From contig CAVZMI010000023.1 of assembly GCA_963776275.1 (NCBI GenBank), positions 1-64,000 of the forward strand: DNA of 64,000 nt. The letters are read 5' to 3'. A program made the position numbers and the translations under genes. This document shows, piece by piece, positions 58,201 through 64,000 of this stretch (the stretch's first letter is position 1; the number at the start of each line of letters is the position of its first letter). Below the pieces are notes generated by a model that saw nothing but the letters and a program-made list of their open reading frames with translations, was not told the DNA's origin and searched no databases. The DNA comes from Ignavibacteriota bacterium (GTDB lineage Bacteria > Bacteroidota > Ignavibacteria > UBA10030 > CAVZMI01).

Positions 58201-58458
58201 AGAGGCGTTGGGGTTTTCCGACGATAATTTTATTCTTAATTTTGATTTCTTGAGTTTGTATGAGAGCAAGAACCCGGAAGCAGTTACACATGCGTTCGCT
58301 CAGGCATGCCGAGAACGGAAGGAAACTCGACTGATAATTAAGACGTTGCAAGGGTATACCTTTATGGATATGTTCCGCGGCAGCGCGGCATTTTCAAATG
58401 ATTTCTACAACTATGTAAGACGATGAGCCGGTGCAATCTCGATGAAGAATTTTCAAAT
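58201..58458 (+). pseudogene. Internally deleted copy of the 3' part of the 54135-56705 glycosyltransferase
   Basis: Matches 56060-56228 joined to 56643-56738, including the stop codon and downstream sequence. Confidence 0.9.
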
Positions 58459-58528
58459 AAGAGATACGGGATATAATCCGGTGCAGGCAATATTATGACG
58501 AAATAATAATCAAGGATGGGTTTGATTT

Positions 58529-59461
58529 ATGAAGAAAGGAAGAGTTTCAATAGCTTTAACGACATATAATGGATCGACATATCTCCCGCAGTTGTTGGAT
58601 TCAATTTTTAGCCAGACATATGACGACCTTGAGGTCGTCGCCAGCGATGATTGCTCGACGGACGATACGGTAGCAATTCTGAAAGAATATCAGAGGAAAT
58701 GCAATCTTTCATATTCAATCAACCCGAGTCGGTATGGATTTCTTAGAAACTTTGACCGGGCAATATCGTCATGTAATGGGGAATACATCGCACTTGCCGA
58801 CCAGGATGATATCTGGCATCCCCGGAAACTCGAGATCTTGGTAACCCGGATCGGGAATTCATCGTTGATATGCTCGGATTGTTCCATAATTGATAAAGAC
58901 GGGAATCCTATTGCCCCATCATTTCAAAAAGCACTTCAGATCCCTATCCCCTCAAGCGAGTTTCAATATTATGGTTTAGCATTTCTTAATTTCGTCATGG
59001 GATGTACCACACTGTTCCGGAAGGAATTAAAAGAACATGCTCTTCCCATCCCGGACGAAGCCCTTTCACACGATTGGTGGCTTGGAATGTGCGCATGCCG
59101 ATTACGAGGTGTGTTATATCTTCCGGAGCCCCTTGTCTCTTACCGCCAGCATGATACAAACACTGGAGGCGGAAGAAAATTGTGGAGCCTGCAGGGAATC
59201 GTGAAATATATATTTTCACAGGGACGGCGAGAAATTTTTCATCGCGAGCAGCAAAGAATTAAGTATTACATCGATCATCACATCTATGACGACATAGATC
59301 AGGAGAACTATCTCCAGGATCTATTGAGCCATTATCGTTCTATCGTGAATACGCCGGTTCATATTAAGGCTTTCCGAATACTCTTTAAATACAGGAAAAT
59401 ACTTTTGTCGAATATCACTCCCCTTGCACGGTGGAAATATCTTCTTGGAAGACTTGTATAG
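58529..59461 (+). CDS. GT2 glycosyltransferase
   Basis: Motifs IALTTYNG, SDDCSTD, LADQDDIW, HDWW and YRQH. Confidence 0.9.
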   Translation: MKKGRVSIALTTYNGSTYLPQLLDSIFSQTYDDLEVVASDDCSTDDTVAILKEYQRKCNLSYSINPSRYGFLRNFDRAISSCNGEYIALADQDDIWHPRKLEILVTRIGNSSLICSDCSIIDKDGNPIAPSFQKALQIPIPSSEFQYYGLAFLNFVMGCTTLFRKELKEHALPIPDEALSHDWWLGMCACRLRGVLYLPEPLVSYRQHDTNTGGGRKLWSLQGIVKYIFSQGRREIFHREQQRIKYYIDHHIYDDIDQENYLQDLLSHYRSIVNTPVHIKAFRILFKYRKILLSNITPLARWKYLLGRLV

Positions 59462-59684
59462 TTGCAGGATCCTGTGGCAGTATTTGTTGAGGGCGTTTTT
59501 CGGGTGTCACTAAATTGCAGTGTGTTTTCTATATAGCGGATTTTTATAGTGCACGTTTTACAACATTTCTAGGTTTCACTAAATTTTAAAATCAGGGCGA
59601 TCTTATTAAACAAGAAATAGCTTTTTCTTTAGTCCCGTAGAATAATTTACCCACACATCAAAAAAAATGTGATTGGAAATTATA

Positions 59685-60707
59685 ATGAAAAATTTTGCTA
59701 TAACAGGCGTAGCCGGATATATTGCCCCGCGTCATCTTCAGGCTATACGGGACACAGGAAACCGGCTCGTTGCTGCTCTTGATCCGCATGATTCGGTCGG
59801 GATTCTTGATCGATATTTTCCGGATGTCGATTTTTTTACGGATTTTGAACGATTCGACCGCCATCTGGATAAACTGCGGCGCGGCCCGGAAAAAGAGCGG
59901 ATTCACTATCTCAGCATTTGTTCTCCAAACTATCTACATGATGCCCAAATTCGCCTCGCATTGAGAACTGGAGCGGATGCTGTGTGTGAAAAACCTATCG
60001 TTCTCAATCCCTGGAACCTTGATGCCCTCCGGGAGTTGGAAAGGGAAACAGGTCGGTCCGTGAAGACGATCCTTCAGCTGCGAATCCATCCATCATTGCT
60101 TGAGTTGAAATCGCGGTTTGAAAAGGAATCGCGGGATCGAAAACATGAAGTAATACTCACCTATATTACATCACGCGGTCCTTGGTATCTGTATTCATGG
60201 AAGAATTCGGTAGAACGGTCGGGTGGACTGGCGACAAACATTGGAATTCATATTTTCGATCTTCTCCTCTGGTTCTTTGGGAGCGTGCAGCGAATTGAAA
60301 TACATTATTCAGACTCCCGATGTGTCGGCGGTTTTTTCGAATTACAGAAAGCGAACGTGCGGTGGTTCCTTTCTATTAAAAAGGAAGATCTTCCGGAGGG
60401 AGAACTCAAACAAGGTAAATCCATATTCCGGTTCATCAAAATCGATGGGAAGGAAATCGAGTTCAGCGAAGGATTCGCCGATCTGCATACCAGGGTATAT
60501 GAGGAAATTCTTGCTGGAAGAGGATCAGGGATCGAGGATGCAAGACCGTCCGTAGAATTGGCATATCAGGTGCGGAATGCGCGTATTACGCCACCGGCGG
60601 ATATAGTGCATCCGATGGTCGAGAGAATAGGTCGAGGTCAATCCTTCGACTCGTCCCGATATAGAACATCGGGACTCGCTCAGGACAAGGGTCGAGATCG
60701 CGTGTAA
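59685..60707 (+). CDS. wbpB: UDP-GlcNAcA 3-dehydrogenase (Gfo/Idh/MocA family)
   Basis: Motifs GVAGYIAPRH, DPHDSVG, ICSPNYLHD, CEKP, YITSRG, GGLATNIGIH and EFSEGFADLH. Confidence 0.9.
   Translation: MKNFAITGVAGYIAPRHLQAIRDTGNRLVAALDPHDSVGILDRYFPDVDFFTDFERFDRHLDKLRRGPEKERIHYLSICSPNYLHDAQIRLALRTGADAVCEKPIVLNPWNLDALRELERETGRSVKTILQLRIHPSLLELKSRFEKESRDRKHEVILTYITSRGPWYLYSWKNSVERSGGLATNIGIHIFDLLLWFFGSVQRIEIHYSDSRCVGGFFELQKANVRWFLSIKKEDLPEGELKQGKSIFRFIKIDGKEIEFSEGFADLHTRVYEEILAGRGSGIEDARPSVELAYQVRNARITPPADIVHPMVERIGRGQSFDSSRYRTSGLAQDKGRDRV
60642..60689 (+). repeat. TCCTTCGAC..GCTCAGGACAAG hairpin unit carrying a nested GTCCCGAT..ATCGGGAC hairpin
   Basis: Same outer unit as 52472; 48 nt, inserted in frame into the wbpB tail. 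Confidence 0.85.
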
Positions 60708-60768
60708 AAAAGTTCTGAATGTAAGACAGAAAATCGTCTTGAATATGTGAAAATAGCAGGCTATTTTG

Positions 60769-61524
60769 ATGAAAGCAATCATGAAAATGTCGACAACATC
60801 ACCTCTTCTGGTTCTCATTCCGGCTTACAATGAAGAGGATCGTATCGGGGGCGTTATTGCGGGAATTAAAAAATTCGTCCCGTCAGCAGATATAATTGTC
60901 GTTGATGATGGATCGAACGATAGGACTGCGATTGTTGGTCGGCATGCAGGTGCGATGGTTATCAGTCATCCGTTTAATCTGGGTGTCGGCAGTGCGCTGC
61001 AAACGGGATATAAATATGCCGAGCAGAAGGGATTCCAAACACTTGTCCAACTCGACGGGGACGGGCAGCACGATCCTGCTCATATCCGGTTTCTTCTTTC
61101 GACTCTCGAATCGACACAGGCAGATCTGGTGATCGGCTCACGGTTTCTTTCCGATAATTTCCGCACCATGTCGATTCCACGGAGAATCGGAGTATGGTTA
61201 TTTGCCTGGCTGTTATCGGTTCTTATCAGGGAACGCATTACCGATCCCACGTCGGGTTTTCGTGCGATGACGCAGCGCGTTCTAAAATTTTGCACGCAGG
61301 ATATCTATGGATTCGATTATCCCGATGCAAATTTTCTTCTCACGCTCCATCGTTCCGGATTCAAGCTCGCCGAGGTTCCGATTGAAGTGAAGCCGCGCAT
61401 AGGCGGGACATCGCAACATCGTGGATTAAAACCGGTCTATTATTTTGTGAAGATGTTTCTATCGATTTTTGTTATCCTGCTTCGGAAAAAATCGATCAAG
61501 GAAAATCAAATAAAAAATAATTAG
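60769..61524 (+). CDS. GT2 DPM1/GacI-like polyprenol-phosphate sugar synthase
   Basis: Motifs LIPAYNE, VDDGS, NLGVGSALQTG, DGDGQH, IGSRF and DPTSGFR. Start approximate. Confidence 0.9.
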   Translation: MKAIMKMSTTSPLLVLIPAYNEEDRIGGVIAGIKKFVPSADIIVVDDGSNDRTAIVGRHAGAMVISHPFNLGVGSALQTGYKYAEQKGFQTLVQLDGDGQHDPAHIRFLLSTLESTQADLVIGSRFLSDNFRTMSIPRRIGVWLFAWLLSVLIRERITDPTSGFRAMTQRVLKFCTQDIYGFDYPDANFLLTLHRSGFKLAEVPIEVKPRIGGTSQHRGLKPVYYFVKMFLSIFVILLRKKSIKENQIKNN

Positions 61525-61540
61525 TCCGCCGCTATAAGTT

Positions 61541-61622
61541 CTACGGTCTACCGACCTCTACGAGCCGCAGGCCGTAGGGATCGTAGATCGTAGACCCTAC
61601 GGGCCGTAGGCCCACGGGGCGG
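61541..61622. repeat. GC-rich cluster of CTACG/CGTAG mini-hairpins
   Basis: CCTCTACGAGCCGCAGG, GATCGTAGATCGTAGA and CCCTACGGGCCGTAGG packed into about 80 nt. Confidence 0.6.
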
Positions 61623-61646
61623 CATGGATTGGCAAAGGAGGCATTT

Positions 61647-61997
61647 ATGTCCACTCGTTTGCAGGTATGGGTGATAATCATTAGTATCATTATCCTTGTA
61701 GGGATTGTCGATCTGGTACGAAGACGAAAATTACGAGAAGAATACTCATTTCTCTGGTTGGTATTGGGATTTGGTTTGCTGGTGTTGGCAATCTTCCCAA
61801 AAATTCTGAGCACTATTTCGCGTGCTGTCGGAATATCAATGCCGGTGAATACTTTGTTTTTCATCGGTTTATTGTTCATTTTTCTAATCTGTCTGTACTT
61901 CTCTTTACGGATTTCGAGTTTGACAAATCAGGTAAAAAATCTGACACAAGAGGTCGCCCTCCTGGAAGCCCGGCTTCAAAATAAGGTTGAACAATGA
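61647..61997 (+). CDS. DUF2304 (GacJ-like) small membrane protein
   Basis: Motifs VRRRKLREEYSFLW, IFPKIL and ISSLTNQVKNLTQEVALL; follows a DPM1-like GT2. Confidence 0.88.
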   Translation: MSTRLQVWVIIISIIILVGIVDLVRRRKLREEYSFLWLVLGFGLLVLAIFPKILSTISRAVGISMPVNTLFFIGLLFIFLICLYFSLRISSLTNQVKNLTQEVALLEARLQNKVEQ

Positions 61998-64000
61998 AGC
62001 ATACAATGAAAAGTACCGGTTCAGAGAAGGACAATAAAGTTGTCGATTCTGTAGGACCAATACTCTCCATCGCATTAATATGTTTGGCTGGATTTCTTAT
62101 CTATTCGAATACACTTTCAAGTACTTTTCACTTTGATGATAGAACGTCGATTGTCGAGAACAGGGTTATTCGTGAAATCGATAATTTCCGATTGCTCTGG
62201 AAAAAAACACCGACCAGAGTCTTTTCATACTGGACCTTCGCTTTAAATTATCATTGGAACGACCTGGATGTTCTCGGATATCATCTCGTCAATATAGCCA
62301 TTCACATTCTTTCGGGAATATCTCTCTGGTGGCTGATTCAACTTCTTTTCAAGACGCCGGTGCTTAGAGAGACACCCGCCAGCCGTTACAAGAAAATACT
62401 TTCTCTTGCAGGAGCACTCATTTTTATAGTGCATCCGATACAAACACAGGCGATTACCTACATCGTGCAGCGTATCGCATCGCTGGCGGCGTTGCTGTAC
62501 CTTGTTACTATGTGTTGCTTTATCAGAGCCCGTCTGGAAAAACATAGCAGGAACAAGCGAATTATGTTCTTTCTGTTTTCATTTTTCTCGGCTATACTGG
62601 CGATATTTTCGAAAGAGACAGCATACACACTGCCATGCGCTATTGTATTGTATGAGCTGTTTTTTATGAGGGAGAAATCAGGAATCTGGAAACTCATCAT
62701 TCTACTTTTCGGCGGTGCGACGATTGTAGTACCGCTACTTCTTTATTTTATGGGAAAATTCCCGCCAGTAGATGCCCCGGACATTTCGCGAATAGAATAT
62801 CTCTGGACACAATTCGCCGTGATTCCCATGTATATGAGACTACTGGTGCTTCCTGTTCATCAAAACCTCGATTATGACGTGGCCGTGATAAAATCTCTTA
62901 CAAATCCCTGGGCGTTATCCGGACTTGCACTGATAATTGCCGTTCTGGCAGCCGGCGTCCTTCTTTATCGACGGCACCGTTTGCTCTCATTCGGTATTTT
63001 CTGGTTTTTTCTGACATTGGTGGTTGAATCGAGTATTATCCCTATCCGCGACGTGATCTTTGAACACCGGCTCTATCTTCCAATGGCTGGATTTTGTTTT
63101 ATTGCTATCGCACTTGTTGAGGGTGCAAACAGGTACGTTTCCCATTATGTTCTCCGTTATACTGTGGGATTCATCATACTTATTTTCGCTGTTACGGCAT
63201 ATGCCCGCAATGAAGTCTGGAAAGATGAGATTACTTTATGGAATGATTGTGTGATGAAATCACCGAACAAGTCGCGGGTATACCTGAATCGCGGATTGGC
63301 GTATCATAAACAGCAGATGTTTAATGAAGCACTGCGCGATTATGAGAGCGCTCTACGACTGAAGCCAGATAACTGGGCGGCATTGAGTAATACAGCGGCG
63401 ATTCTCGACACAAGGGGCGATTATGACAATGCAATTGCATTATACACGCGGGCGATTGAAGTCGGTAAAGGAGCGGGAATAGAAGTATATTTCAGCCGGT
63501 CTACGTCATATGCAAAAAAAGGTCTCTATGCGGAGGCACTTCGTGATCTCGATTTATTCATCAGATGGAGGACCGATATGGCTGAGGCGTACTATAACCG
63601 CGGCTGCCTCAGGCGCACACTGAAAAATTCCGACGGGGCAATGACAGATTTCATAAAGGCTATTGCACTCGATTCTTCCCAGGGAGATTATTTCTTTGAC
63701 AGGGGAGTTCTCTATCAGGAGGCCGGACAGCTCGACAATGCAATCTCGGATTACGATAAAGCTATTCAAAGGAAATCACACGGTTTCGACTGTTACATCA
63801 ACAAGGGATACATTCTGATGCAACAGCATGCATATAAAGAAGCAATCCAACAATATACTCTGGCTTTGGAGTATGATCCGAATTCGGTTCATGTTTTGAA
63901 TGACCGGGGATTGACGTTCTATGACGACGGGGACTATAGCCGGGCATTGGAAGATTTTAATAAAGCTATTCGGCTTGATTCTCTCAATCCACGATTGTAT
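61994..64000 (+). CDS. TMTC-like GT-C membrane protein with C-terminal TPR repeats (partial, runs off window; absent from the ORF track)
   Basis: Manual translation from ATG 61994 (ATGA overlap): YSNTLSSTFHFDD, GYHLVNIAIH, HPIQTQAITYIVQR, FSKE, FEHRLYLP, RNEVWKDEITLW, then TPRs. Confidence 0.88.
   Translation, partial: MKHTMKSTGSEKDNKVVDSVGPILSIALICLAGFLIYSNTLSSTFHFDDRTSIVENRVIREIDNFRLLWKKTPTRVFSYWTFALNYHWNDLDVLGYHLVNIAIHILSGISLWWLIQLLFKTPVLRETPASRYKKILSLAGALIFIVHPIQTQAITYIVQRIASLAALLYLVTMCCFIRARLEKHSRNKRIMFFLFSFFSAILAIFSKETAYTLPCAIVLYELFFMREKSGIWKLIILLFGGATIVVPLLLYFMGKFPPVDAPDISRIEYLWTQFAVIPMYMRLLVLPVHQNLDYDVAVIKSLTNPWALSGLALIIAVLAAGVLLYRRHRLLSFGIFWFFLTLVVESSIIPIRDVIFEHRLYLPMAGFCFIAIALVEGANRYVSHYVLRYTVGFIILIFAVTAYARNEVWKDEITLWNDCVMKSPNKSRVYLNRGLAYHKQQMFNEALRDYESALRLKPDNWAALSNTAAILDTRGDYDNAIALYTRAIEVGKGAGIEVYFSRSTSYAKKGLYAEALRDLDLFIRWRTDMAEAYYNRGCLRRTLKNSDGAMTDFIKAIALDSSQGDYFFDRGVLYQEAGQLDNAISDYDKAIQRKSHGFDCYINKGYILMQQHAYKEAIQQYTLALEYDPNSVHVLNDRGLTFYDDGDYSRALEDFNKAIRLDSLNPRLY

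Noticed and set aside
59507-59585. Direct repeat TCACTAAATT (59507 and 59576) as IS ends or an operator
   Set aside because: It is only 10 bp and AT-rich, with no inverted partner or target duplication found.
1038-63769. Numerous short minus-strand and alternate-frame ORFs in the track
   Set aside because: They overlap well-supported plus-strand genes and show no family motifs.
1-64000. tRNA, rRNA, integrase or transposase genes
   Set aside because: None were recognisable by inspection. Small ncRNAs cannot be excluded without a covariance search.

Overview
A 64-kb, moderately AT-rich bacterial cell-surface glycan biosynthesis and tailoring supercluster. All recognisable genes lie on the + strand except a short sufD fragment at the left edge, which looks like a chimeric or rearrangement junction. 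It encodes many GT2/GT4 glycosyltransferases, five polyprenol-phosphate sugar synthases, up to seven GT-C-like membrane proteins (three close paralogues and a TMTC-like TPR protein), ten SAM methyltransferase domains, three sulfotransferase domains, two Wzm/Wzt exporters, WecE, WbpA, WbpB, an acyltransferase-3, a BKACE enzyme, NadE, a four-helix-bundle gene and an AAA/DUF4143 ATPase. The most unusual observations are: (1) a nest of seven 22-24 nt hairpin micro-elements inserted into each other without target duplication, with relatives elsewhere; (2) a sulfotransferase/coiled-coil/GT2 fusion next to a CBM-bearing Wzt, suggesting a sulfate-capped, ruler-controlled glycan; (3) a BKACE/acyltransferase/WecE module that may install an unusual N-acyl group; (4) a MITE that replaced a gene's C-terminus; (5) several intergenic remnants of internally deleted genes; (6) tandem operators ahead of the DUF4143 ATPase. 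Product calls rest on motif recognition only; no database searches were run.
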